64,000 nucleotides of DNA from the human T2T-CHM13v2.0 reference genome, Homo sapiens, in assembly GCF_009914755.1 (NCBI RefSeq), contig NC_060925.1; one strand, written 5' to 3'. Numbering within the stretch: the stretch's first letter is position 1; the number at the start of each line of letters is the position of its first letter. The position numbers and the translations under genes are program-made. The notes beneath the pieces were generated by a model. It was not told where the DNA came from, did not search any database, and worked only from the letters and a program-made list of their open reading frames with translations. Of this stretch, positions 14,411-26,351 are shown piece by piece.

Positions 14411-15620
14411 ATATCGTTTGCCCACTTTTTCATGGGATTGTTTGTTTTTTTCTTATAAATTTGTTTAAGCTCCTTGTAGATTCTGGATATTAGACCTTTG
14501 TCAGATGGATAGATTACAAAAATCTTCTCCCATTCTGTGGGTTGCCTGTTCACTCTGATGATAGTTTATTTTTCTGTGCAGAAGCTCTTTAATTAGATCC
14601 CATTTGTCAATTTTTGCTTTTGTTGAAATTGTTTTTGACGTTTTCATCATGAAATCTTTGCCCATGCCTATGTCCTGAATGATATTGCCTGTATTTTCTT
14701 CTAGAGCTTTTATAGTTTGGGGTTTTATACTTAAGTTTTTAATTTATCTTGAGTTAATTTTTGTATATGGTGTAACAAAGAGGTCCAGTTTCAGTTTTCC
14801 GCATATGGCTAGCCAGTTCTCCAAGCACCATTTATTAAATAGGGAATCCTTTCCCCATAGCTTGTTTTTGTCAGGCTTGATGAATATCAGATGGTTGTAA
14901 ATGTACAGTCTTTTCTGAGTTCTCTATTCTGTTCCATTGGTCTGTGTGTGTGCTTTTGTACTAATACCACGCTGTTTTGGTTACTGTAGCCTTGTAGAAT
15001 AGTTTGAAGTCAGATAGTGTGATACCTTCAGCTTTGCTCTTTTTGTTGAGGATTGTCTTGGCCATACGGGCTCTTTTTCGTTCTATATAAATTTTAAAGT
15101 AGATTTTTCTAATTCTGTGAACAATGTGAATGGTAATTTGATGGGAATAGCATTAGATCTATAAATTACTTTGGATGTATAGCCATTTTTGTGATATTGA
15201 TTCTTCCTATCCATGAGCATAGAATGTTTTTCCATTTGTTTGTGTCCTCTCTGATTTCCTTGAGCAATGGTTTTTAGTTCTCCTTGAAGAGGTGCTTTAC
15301 TTCTCTTCTTAGCTGTATTCCCAGGTTTTTTATTCTCTTTGTAGCAATTGTGAATGGGAGTTCATTCATGATTTGGCTCTTTGCTTTTCTGTTGTAGGTG
15401 TATAGGAATACTTGTGATTTTTGCATACTGATTTTGCACCCTGAGACTTTGCTGAAGTTGCTTATCAGCTTAAGAAGTTTTTGGGGTGAGACGATAGGGT
15501 TTTCTAGATACAGGATCAGGTCATCTGCAAACAGAGACAGTTTGACTTATGTAGCAAACCTGCACATCCTGCACACGTATCCCAGAACTTATAAAATAAA
15601 ATAAAAATAAATAAAATTAA
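14411..15620. mobile_element. L1PA (about PA7-PA10) 5'-inverted insertion: antisense ORF2 segment 14411-15548 plus a short sense 3' tail
   Basis: Reverse L1 ORF2 sequence joins abruptly to tatgtagcaaacctgcacatcctgcac...agaactt and an A-rich tail. Confidence 0.9.
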
Positions 15621-15640
15621 ATTATAGGTTTATTATTAGT

Positions 15641-16075
15641 TGTAGCAAATGCTGTCAGTGCTGTCCATTTCCCTTGAACCCTACAATTAGGTGTAGTCTG
15701 GTCAGCTTCCAACTTTCAGTGCCTGCATTTCTGTGCCAGCAGTTTCTTCCTAGAACTTCAGGAGAGTGCCCTGCCTTCAGCATTCTAGAAGTGCTGGAAC
15801 ATTAATAGACAATGACTGACAGGATCCAGTGTACACACACCCAGCTCTATCACCTCCAAGAGGGATAACTCTGAAGTGTGTGTTCTACGTTAGTCTTAGT
15901 CTTCAGGTTCTCTGCAGGATTGAGCTACCACAGAGATAGCTGGTTTAGTAGTACACCCTTTAGTGGTTGCCTTTTCATCTCTGTTACTTCCTTGCTCCCC
16001 AAATGGTGGTCTTTGCACCTCCCAAATAAAACATTTCCTTCTTAAATCTTTGTTGGAACATCTACTTTTGGGAGA
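15641..16075 (+). mobile_element. LTR16-family (ERVL) solo LTR
   Basis: tgtagcaaatgctgtcagtgc...caatgactgacagg...gggataactctgaag...cacctcccaaataaa resembles the recalled LTR16A/B consensus. Confidence 0.75.
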
Positions 16076-16524
16076 TGGGGAATTTTCTTAAAATATAATT
16101 ATTATGAAAGCAGATGAAATTTTCACATTTTGAAGAATTTTGAAAAAGCTTTTAGAAAAGTCATTATTTCTGTGGCAGAAGCCTAATGAGATTTTTCTTC
16201 ACTTTTCTTGATTACAATTGTAACAGGGATTATAACCCATATTTTGCTGTCCCGTGGGTAAGTCACAGATCCCATATCTGGAGACCTGATTACTGGAGAA
16301 TTTCATGGTCTTGTTGTAATAGTCTTGACCTTTAAGAATGGCCCTCATTGAGGGAAGGCGGATGGCATGTTTCTATTGTTCTACGGAGAATTCCATAGCC
16401 ATCTTATATCTTCTTTGGGAAGGCATTATATAGTAAAATCAAGCAGAATTTCATTCATGTAACCCCTTCTTCTTTGTTTTTCCTCTCTTTCCTTATGCCT
16501 TCTTGCCTCCTAACAATCCTCCAG

Positions 16525-16706
16525 GTGTGGTTTCAGAACCGAAGAGCCAAGTTCCGCAGGAATGAGAGAGCCATGCTAGCCAATAAAAACGCTTCCCTCC
16601 TCAAATCCTACTCAGGAGACGTGACTGCTGTGGAGCAGCCCATCGTACCTCGTCCTGCTCCGAGACCCACCGATTATCTCTCCTGGGGGACAGCGTCTCC
16701 GTACAG
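16525..16706 (+). CDS. PRRX1: PRRX1 coding exon 3 (182 nt): recognition helix (Q50) and downstream region
   Basis: Long pyrimidine tract, ctccag|GTGTGG ... GTACAG|gtgaat. Translates VWFQNRRAKFRRNERAMLANKNASLLKSYSGDVTAVEQPIVPRPAPRPTDYLSWGTASPY; phase matches exon 2. Confidence 0.98.
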
Positions 16707-17162
16707 GTGAATGACTGGCCCACTCTCCCTTGCTCCACTTCCACATGTTTCTCAGCGGTCGGTCATGTTTCAAGCTGCTTGTGCAGCTCACCGACATTTC
16801 TTACTGGGTTAATCTCTTCAGAGACATTCAACTTGCTGACATCCCCACATTTTCCCAGGAGATTATAAGCTGCCCCAGCAGCAGGGTTTGGGGCAGAAGT
16901 GAGAGGGGCAGGCTATCTCACCAATCTCCTCTTGGACTCAGGAACTCTTGCAAAGGTTTCAAAGATGAGGAAGAATCTAAAAGAAAAGATCATTAAGCTG
17001 TGCCCAGTGTTCCTCTTGCAACAATTCTGGAACAAAACTTTACCCTGTTTCCAAATTTAAGCTAAATTCGTTGTATTATGCAAATGTAGGGACGTAACTT
17101 GTAAAACTCCAAGTATAGGGCCAAAGGCAAACTTTGCAGTAAAACTGGCTTTGAATTAAAAA

Positions 17163-17255
17163 AAGGAAGAAGGAAGGAAGGAAGAAAGAAAGGAAAGAAG
17201 GAAGGAAGGAGAGAGACGAGAGGGACTATGACAGAGAGAGGAGGAAAGAAAAGCC
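17163..17255 (+). repeat. (GGAA/GAAA)n purine-rich simple repeat
   Basis: Seen directly. Confidence 0.9.
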
Positions 17256-17385
17256 AAGTTCATTCTGATCACTTTCATGGCCAAGGTTCTTTGTTAGTAG
17301 GTGTGAATTTCTTATAATGCCAAATGCCTTCCTAATCTATTGCTAATTCTTGTCTACTTGTCTGAAGTTTTCTCTGGGGATCAGT

Positions 17386-17431
17386 TTGTGTGTATTTGTG
17401 TGTGTGCGTGTGTGTGTGTGTCTGTGTGTGT
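17386..17431 (+). repeat. Imperfect (TG)n microsatellite
   Basis: Seen directly. Confidence 0.9.
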
Positions 17432-19831
17432 TTCTTTTAAATAAAAAAGGAATGTATAATTTACACTAAACTTTTATATTAAAAAGTTGAACATTTTTAA
17501 AGAAACAAATATCAGAGTACTATTTCAATCTCATAAAGAGGCTTTTAACCTCCCATTATTATGCTGTTCAGAAAATATAGGCTGCCAGAAGGGAAGCTGA
17601 GACACAAATTCCTAACCCATTGGATTAGTCTAGAGTGCCTTTCTTTGAAAATATACCTGAGTACTCTGAGAAACCAGGCCAAGCCTACGTGTTCTCCCTG
17701 GCTGATTTCAGTGGAGGAAGAACTATTCAAAAATTCATTTATTATGCTTTTGTTTACCTTTTTATTGTCAAGGTTAATTATTGGTTTAAGGAGAGGTTTT
17801 AAATGAAATATAGGAGATTATGTCTCAGATGAAGTTGAATTTCTGACATGAAATGCTACATTTTTGAAATGCAAGTGTTTTTCAAAGGTTCTTAGCTTTA
17901 ATCAAAGCAAAAAGCCTCATCTAAAAGTTTCTTTCTGTTCCAAATCAGTTCCTTTAGAGAAACATGGTAAATGCACTTGGAAATTTGTTTTAATCCCCTG
18001 TTATAAAATTAGCCTGAATTCTTTTTGTCTTAGCACATAGAGACCCTACATCTAGGAAAGTCTTATTCTGGGCCCTATTGCACTCAGATGTGGTGTGCCT
18101 TACTGATCTTGAAACATTAGTTATATCTGTGTGCCCTATTTTAAATTTAAACTCCTCTCCTATAAGATTTACTACAAATACATTTTTTGAAGACCACTGT
18201 AAAATCACATATTCTCTAATATTTTAAATAAATGAAAGGCTGCTTTATTTCTCTTATAAACATTGGTATAAGAGAAATTTGGTGTGTTCATGAACACGCT
18301 AAATGGCTTGGAAAATGGGTGTGGTTCAAAGCCTGATGCTTCAAGATCTCTGGTTTGAATTTGGTCACAACCAGGAAGTATTGCCCCTTTTTCTGTCTGG
18401 GTCCTCCATAGGAACTTTTCATACCAGCCATAAACAATCCAGATGGCTGCCACGTGGTCCTTACCAGTGAGAGGCGTCACACAGCACACACTGCATGAAT
18501 GGGGATGAAATCATTCCTGAATTAATATAGGGTTATATTACTTGGACCTCAGCCATTTGAGCCTCAGTGTCTGCATCATATGTGTTTAGTATATGGACAT
18601 CTAACTGAAATTATTAACGTGGCAATTTATGCGTGCCTTTTTTGGAAATATTCTATTTTAATGGAAAGAATTATGTAGAAATACTGGATACATTTTTAAA
18701 AACATCCATAATTCACCATCTTGACATAACTAGTATATTCATTTTTGTGATTAGAGTTCAATGTTTTATATAGATGTAGCTTTAGTGTATATATTATTTT
18801 GTATTCTGCTCTTTTCACTTAAAGTCATATGACCTAGTACATTTTACTCATTTCTTGGTATGCTTTTATATCATTTCTCTCTTAGAAATTGGATTTGTAA
18901 AAATTAATTTAGAAAATCATAAAATCTGTTCATATTCTGTATGAAGAATAAATTAATCTTCAGATATAAGCAGAAAAGTGATGTTAAAACAATAATTTAA
19001 TCAATAATAATGTTTTTTGATCCAATGTTGACTGAAGTGTTTATATTTTGGTTGATTTCTAAAAGTAGCAAAAAGCTATTCTGTTATTTGGAGAATTTTC
19101 TGCTATGTTTAGAACCAAACTATGTTATGATTTCACACTTTGAAGCTTGATAGGAAATATTGTTAAGGAAATAAAAAAGAAAAACAAGTGATCCAAAGCA
19201 AAGGAAATGATAGACTTTTGTGTTATGAAAAATTAACTCACTGTTCTTGTTGGTACTATTATGTCAAGTTAGTTATCTCACATGTGACACTCATTAAAAG
19301 GCATTTCTCTTGGTTAATTCTTGGAACACTGTTGTGTGATAGCTCTGTCTTGCTGTGCTTCCAAAGAAGAGACTAAACACTTGCCCAAATTTAAGTCTTC
19401 AGCAAGGAGAATTAGAACTAATGCTTGTGTTCCCTGTTTTCATCCAACATGTTAAGCCACACGACTATATTTTCATTCAAATTAAACCTTGCATTGTATT
19501 GAAAGTAGTAAAAAAAGTATAAGATTGGAAAACTATCTAAAATCCCCTTTTTATGCAAGAGATATCTCAGATCAGTGAGGCATGCCTGCAGCTGAAGTCC
19601 ACACTCTGTGGGGACCTCATCCCATTGGACTGATAGACGTGGCTTGGTCATACAAGCCAGAGACAGTGAGCGACAGTTTTGCCAGAAAGGATATTTTGCT
19701 GACTTCCACAGTTATCCCCTGAAAAAAGAAAGGAGAAAACCAAGGCATAAAAGCAGTTATTTGCATATGGTCAGAATTTTGGGTTGGAAAATAGCCAACA
19801 TACTTTTTTCTGGGTGTCTTTTACATCCAGA

Positions 19832-19966
19832 GTCATGGATGTGTAATTTATTGTTCAAACTGGGACATTTTTTAGAGTGAAAGGGGAGCATTATTAATAA
19901 TTATACTAGGACAACAGGTATAAGCCAGGATTGTCCCTAGCAAACTGGGACATATAGTCTGCTCTA
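19832..19966. mobile_element. MER94-like hAT-Blackjack MITE
   Basis: taatttattgttcaaactgggacatttttagagtgaaagggg...ggacaacagg...caaactgggacatatagtc matches recalled MER94 with CpG decay. Confidence 0.75.
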
Positions 19967-20581
19967 ATTATAGCTTGTCATGACCTCACTCATTCCCTTG
20001 AGCATGTTAGAGGTGATGACATTAGGCAGGCAACTGAGTCACCAGAGGGACAAAGCATTCCCTATCACGGACACTGTTGTCCTGGCAGGTGCCTTCTTTA
20101 CATCCGTGGCCAGTTAAAGGAAGCTTGTTTTTGGCACACACACCCATTGCTTAACTCAGAACTATTTTTCTTAGGCAACTTGTAAGAGTGAAAGCACACA
20201 CAAGCACCAGAATTATTCAGACTCACTAATCTTGCAGTGCTTTGCTTCGTGCTTCGTGGGTAGCAGTGATCAACCAAGTCCTGAACTTTTGACTGTTATT
20301 TGAGATGAAGTAGCCAAGAAACATTTTCTCAGAGACATCCTTTCCTAGGTGAAGTGGATAGTGAATGGCCTGGTTTTGCATTATTTACCTGAAGTGCCAT
20401 TTCCAGAGGGAGGGCTGGGCTTAAAAGAAAGCTAGTGATGAGTGAAAGAGAGGTCAGCTATCCTTGTCCACAGCTTCCCTCCCCATCCTTCTCCTCCCCT
20501 CATTTGATCGTGGTCATGGTGCTGCCTGACATCTGCTGAACGCATTTGGCTTATTTCTCCCTTTCACACTTTCAAAAATAG

Positions 20582-20653
20582 ATCCTCGTCCCTCCCAAGA
20601 TGTTGTTTACACGAGGGGCTTCATAACGGATTCTAACGGAAGACACTGAAAAG
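20582..20653 (+). CDS. PRRX1: PRRX1 alternative cassette exon 4 (72 nt); C-terminus RSSSLPRCCLHEGLHNGF* (stop 20634-20636) of the 217-aa OAR-less isoform
   Basis: aaaatag|ATCCTCGTCC ... GAAAAG|gtaact. Spliced after exon 3 it gives the known short-isoform tail. Too short for the ORF track. The a/b isoform names are used inconsistently between human and mouse literature. Confidence 0.95.
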
Positions 20654-20847
20654 GTAACTTGTCAGAGGGGGAAGAGGGTGGCTGCTTGGGGTAGGGTTTA
20701 AGTGGGAATTCAGAGTGTTTAAGAAAGTGGGGGTTGCAGTTCTAGAAATTTCAGCAGTGAAGTCCTCAAGTGAGGAATATTATTGGTAACCAGAGCTGCA
20801 AGAAAGCATGTCCACTAAATGAAGCATAGTGTGATACTAATCTAGAG

Positions 20848-21012
20848 CAGGGCTCTTCAGAGATTGCTGTGCACAGGAAACATCTGGGATCGCGTGACTG
20901 TGCAAACTCTGATTCACTAATTCCAGGTTGGAGCTTGGATTGTGTATCTCTAACTTGCTTCTAGGTGATGCTGATGCTGTTGACACTTGGTACACATTTT
21001 GAATAGCGAGAC
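20848..21012. mobile_element. MER5-type hAT-Charlie MITE
   Basis: ctctgattcac...tctaacttgcttctaggtgatgctgatgctg...cacattttgaatagc. Confidence 0.75.
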
Positions 21013-24000
21013 TTTGTAGGTTACAGGACGGGGTTCGGAAGAACTACGTTCTTGTCCTGGCTTCTGCTGCTCCTCAGGCCAGTCAGATCATTGCTCTCTT
21101 ATGCAGCTTTGTATCTAACATGAAGCTAGCAATAATCTCCCTATTGCTTATTTCACAGGGGTGTTTGGAACCTATCGATAAGCAGTGTGCGCTTCAAAAA
21201 AAGTCTTGCAACAATAGAAAGATACAAGAGGCTTTATATATAAAAGTATTTCTAAAATGAAAAGTTAAACATAGCAGAAAGATCACTGAACATACAGTAC
21301 AAACGGAAAGCTTACCAATGAAATGTGCAAGTGTGTTCACTTTAAGAGATAAATATACGTATTAGAAAATCAACTTCTGAATTTCAAAACAGAAGTTAGA
21401 AATAGAAGTTAGTTATTTAAATCACAAAAGATCCCTTTCCAAAGAATTTACCAGATCTCTTTTTAAAAGTAAATTTCCCTAGGAAAACTGGTATTACATT
21501 TTATCAGGTGAAGCAAGTATGCCTCCGTTGTTCTTGCACTGACAAAAGAACAAACCCGAGACTTTCTGCAACTTCTATGCATCACAGTCTTGAACACCGT
21601 AACCCCTACAGTCTTTGAAAAAATCCTGAGCTGGTGAAACCCAAGGATTTCAGGAAAACTCATAGACTTCTCGGCTGACAGATTTGTCTTTAGGGTGAAA
21701 TTGTAAACATCTTGTCATCATTTGTTCAAAGGGCCAAATAGAAAACAAAGAGTTGAAAATAGAGTCAGGTATTATTTTTTTCCCAAGCTATCAATTGTTT
21801 TGTGATTTGTGGGACTTAACACTATAGGTGTTTAGAAAGCAGAGGGGCAGTTGTCCATACGTTTCCTGGCTTTAAAATCGTAGTACGAATAGTATTTTCC
21901 ATACTTCCTCAATGTTTGACAGTCATTTTAACACATTTTTTTTTCCTCACAACTTTCAGGGTAGGTTGAAATGATAAAAAATGATTTGTCCCAGTGAAAA
22001 CAGTACTCCACCTCTGCTAGTGGTTAGCATTCTGCTCTCTATGGCTGTGTTGCATCTGTTAGGAATCTCCAAACAAGTAAATGGAAACATTTGAAGCTGA
22101 TTTAAATGTGTCAGCTCTGTGTAAGTCTCAGGGCAGATTAGCTGAATCAACAGATGGGGTGCAAGCATTTATTATTAATCTCTAATTTCTCAATGCACTT
22201 TATTCAGTAATGTGGTTTCTTGGTCACTGACACAAAGAACTTAACTAAAACTAACTAAAAATGGGGCTTTAGCCAAAGCCTAAAAACTCAGTCCCAGAAC
22301 TTATGTCTGTACCCCACTTCCAAGAATAAGTGGGTTTTACTTAGAAGGCAAGACCAACAGGCAGGATCTCTGGTTGTTGTTAAGCAGGCTTCTGGTTGTT
22401 GTCATGTGCTTAATCTGTACAAATCACTTAGCTTCAATCTCACCATTTTACCCGAGCAAGCTTAATCCTGTATAGGAAGGACTGGTCATTTTACATGTTC
22501 CGAATGGCCCTATAAATTGGTTGAAAACAGTTAATTACCCTCTTTGGACTTTTAAGAAAACATTTCAGGGTTCTCTTTCTTTTCCTAAAGCAGAACGTCA
22601 GAAGTCTCCGTGACATGGAAAGCAGATGGTCACAAACAATTTCATATTGGCAGCCACTCAAGGCTCTCTTGCATCTGTTGACACTTTAGGAGGCAGGTCC
22701 TCTGCATCTTACTTCTAATGCCATTTTTGAAGAATGACTAAGATACTCTTAGAGTACTCACTCACTAATTCTGTCTTTTCTGACTTGTAATACAAGTTTT
22801 GCTTTTCACTGGTATATCCAAGGACTGCTCACTGCTTGCCTGTATGGCACCCTTAGCTCAAATTGAGAAGCTAGATCCATGTCAAACTACTGGAAAACAG
22901 ACTTGCAATTATTTAGTATGTGTACAAAATATTATTGGAATCCCTATTTGTAGGATTACATATTCTAAACATTTGTTAAGAGGCTGTGAAATAAGATGGC
23001 TTTGGTTCTTTTATCCTACTTCTTGCGGCTATAGGATGCTGAAACAAGTTAAATCAATTTTGAAAGTTTATACATTTCCTAAGCATTTATCAAGGGAAAA
23101 TATTATCACCTATCAAGCTCCTAGGGAATTGCTAAATTCATTCATTAAAAACAACTACTTGTTAATCCACTAATTTGAGGGATACCTATAAGGCATTGTC
23201 ACAGACTTGCCTCTGGTGGTGTTCTTATACAATGCCACCATATAATCAGACGAGGGCACTGTTCTTTACTGTGGAAAAGCAGGCTGCCGTTTATGTGAAA
23301 AATGTGCCAGTGAATATCCAATCTCCTGTGTAATAGATGATCTGAATTCCCATTAATTTGTTTTTGAGATAGAAAGTGCATTAACATTCATCTCATTTGG
23401 GATATTACAGTCTTGCCTACATTCAAGAGAGAAACTCAGTATTTCCAAGAAATGTGTTACCCTGCTAAGTCCTCAGACTAGAATATCAGGTGGTAAAGCT
23501 AGTTGACTCTGAAATCACTACAGCAAAAACGGTTATGCAATAGACAACTTGTAATCGTTATTATAGGAGACATTTCTGGGAAATAGCAATAGCATCTTCA
23601 GTAAACTAAAATAATCTCCCCAAGGTTCTAATCTCCCTTTTTGGCTAAAGAGATGGAATACAGCTTTGATTATCTAAGAAAGGGCACATTTCTGTTACAT
23701 AAGACTTTGCTTGTCCAGAATCTCAAAAAACACATCATCTTTCAGAAAATTAGACCAAGTACTTAAAAGCACAATATTCTATGACAATCTACAATTTGGG
23801 ATGAGAAAATTTTTCTTTATACTCTCTCATAAGTTTTAGCTTTCTGTTTTCAGAAGCCATTCAAATTTGTTCTCAATACTTAGCAAATAATACAGACAAC
23901 TCCTAATTCCAGCTTCTCTTCTATGTGTTTACAATTTCACTAATTGTGCATCATCTTTAGGGCTTAATTCTCTCACAGAAACCTGATTAAGAAAGGTTGA

Positions 24001-24639
24001 CTTGGTTGATTTTATAATAATCTATGACTTAGGTACATTTCCCAAATCCAATAGTCTTTTTTTCTCAGATACTTAGATCTTCGGATTCTTGGTATACCCT
24101 AGAAATTTTTTGAATATAGGTTTTGTGGGTTTACATACATTTATGGTAAGGTCTTGAATGGAACTGTGAACTAAATGATAATACATATATGGGCTTTGAA
24201 AATAAATGACATTTCTTGGTATATTCTAAAACAAACTTGTCCCACTTTAGTGTATCGTTCTGGTCATTTATCTCACTTCTAACTTAAACCTACCTTAACT
24301 GGGAACTCTTCTGCTTCTATCCCTTGGTAGGCAGTGGTTGAAGTGATAGTCTAAACTGTACTAATAACTTGTTCAGTTTTTATTGTGAAATATATTTTTT
24401 GATGGATCCAAGTATACACAGTCACCAGCTCCTGCTTTTGTCATGTCCTACTGACTTTGCCCTTTCTATTAAGATAGTAAAATTGGCAGTAAGGACCAGT
24501 TCCTATGAATAAAAGCATATTGGTAAGATTTTTTTTTTTTTTTTTTAGAAATCATTGCTCACAGCAGAATGACAGAAACCAATGACATCGAGCAGGAATC
24601 AATTTAATCACACTATATATAGATATTTCTTAGTTATCT

Positions 24640-24900
24640 GTCTATTCATTGAACACATGGTACTAGATATGGTGTCATTTCTACCTGAGGAAACAGTTGT
24701 GAACAAGGCAGATGTGGTGTCTGATCTATGGAGCTTATAGTTGAAACAGTGATAGATACTAAACAAATTATTAACTAAACTTGAATCAAGTGCTAAAAGC
24801 AAAAGTTTAGTGTGTTATAAAAGAACGTAGCCTGGTCTAGAGGGTTGAGATCATCTATCATGAAATGATGAGTAAGAGTTAAGCAGGCAAAACTGAAATA
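24640..24900 (-). mobile_element. L2 fragment
   Basis: gtgaacaaggcagatgtgg...atggagcttatagt. Confidence 0.6.
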
Positions 24901-26351
24901 GAAGAAGGTAGGATCCTTTTGAAACCTTTCTGAGTCTCCTGTGTCAGAACACATACATGTATGTGTGCACACACACACACACAGTCACCCATACACTTAA
25001 CCAGGGCTATAAAGATTTTAAATTAAAGATGTATATTTCTGGAAAGACCTAGTGATCTGGGACTCATTATATTTCTTAACTTAATTTTCTTGAGTTAATT
25101 ATTAGTAACTGAGCTGAAATAGGTTATTATGAGTTTTGACTCCGTGGTGTCCCAAATAAGTATCAATGATATATTCTATTTGTGGAGTAGCTTTACTTTT
25201 CTCTCTTTCTGATCTTGTCACTTGATCCCCAGAACCACAAAGTCTTATGTGGCTGACAAAATTCCATTGGAATGCAGGCAACAGAAGAGCACATGTCATT
25301 CCATTTATAAGTCTATCTCATTCCAGCCCTGAGTTGAAAGGGATTTTGCTAATCTTAGAAGCAACTAAAAACATTTTTATTGAAGTAAAATATGTATACT
25401 TTTAACTATTTAGTAGAAAGACTAATTTGCTATTAAGTCTATGAAACCATTTCTTTTTCCTTTAACAGAGATTCATGGATGCAATTAACAGAAACCCACC
25501 AATGATAAATTTCTGCCTAGTGGTGTTCTTAGGTCCTAATTGTAATCTATGACAATGAAAAACAAGTTTAGATTTTTCTCAGCAATGAAGACAGTGAGAA
25601 ACAGTTACCTCTGAAATCAAGAATGCTGAAAATGGAGACTTTGATAGTTTATCTAGGAGATTTAAACATTTTCAAAATAACTGACCCAAAAGGCAGTGTA
25701 TGCTATTCAAGTTCTCTTGAGGAGGTTTTAAAATCAAGGCCAGTGGCTTAGTAACCTCTTGATTCAGCAAGCTTGGTGCTATCAACCAGTAAATTAAGAA
25801 TGGCAGAGAACATATGTTAGGTTGTTTAACTGGTTCTCCAGGCACATTATTTATTATGGTATTTATTATCTAAAATGTGTTAGAATTAAGGTCAGTTATC
25901 TAGAGTGAAGGAGCAAAATTCCCTTTAGTTTATTTTCAAATGCTTGTTTCTATTCCCCACTGCTCCCACAGGCTGGGGAGGTAGGCAGGACAAGAGATTA
26001 AATACTGTTTTAATAAGTCAGCTGATGAAACACCTGCTATTCAACTTGAGCAACTTTCTTCTCTCACCCCAGAAATAAATCATTACTCACTGTATCCACC
26101 ACAACAAATACCTCTTCCTCCCTTTCCTCACTCTACACCACTTTCTCCTGCTCTTCAAAACATGACCACTCTTCCCTAAGTACCTTAGACGAATGGAAAG
26201 CTGGGGCTGTAAGGGACCCTAGAGGTCATCTAGTCCAAGCCATTGCCCCTGCCTGCCCCCATGCTGAGAGTACATCCATCTGGGGCACAGACTTGCAGCT
26301 TTGTGAAACTAATGCCTGTTATTCTCCCTGCTCTCTCCTTTGTCCCTACAG

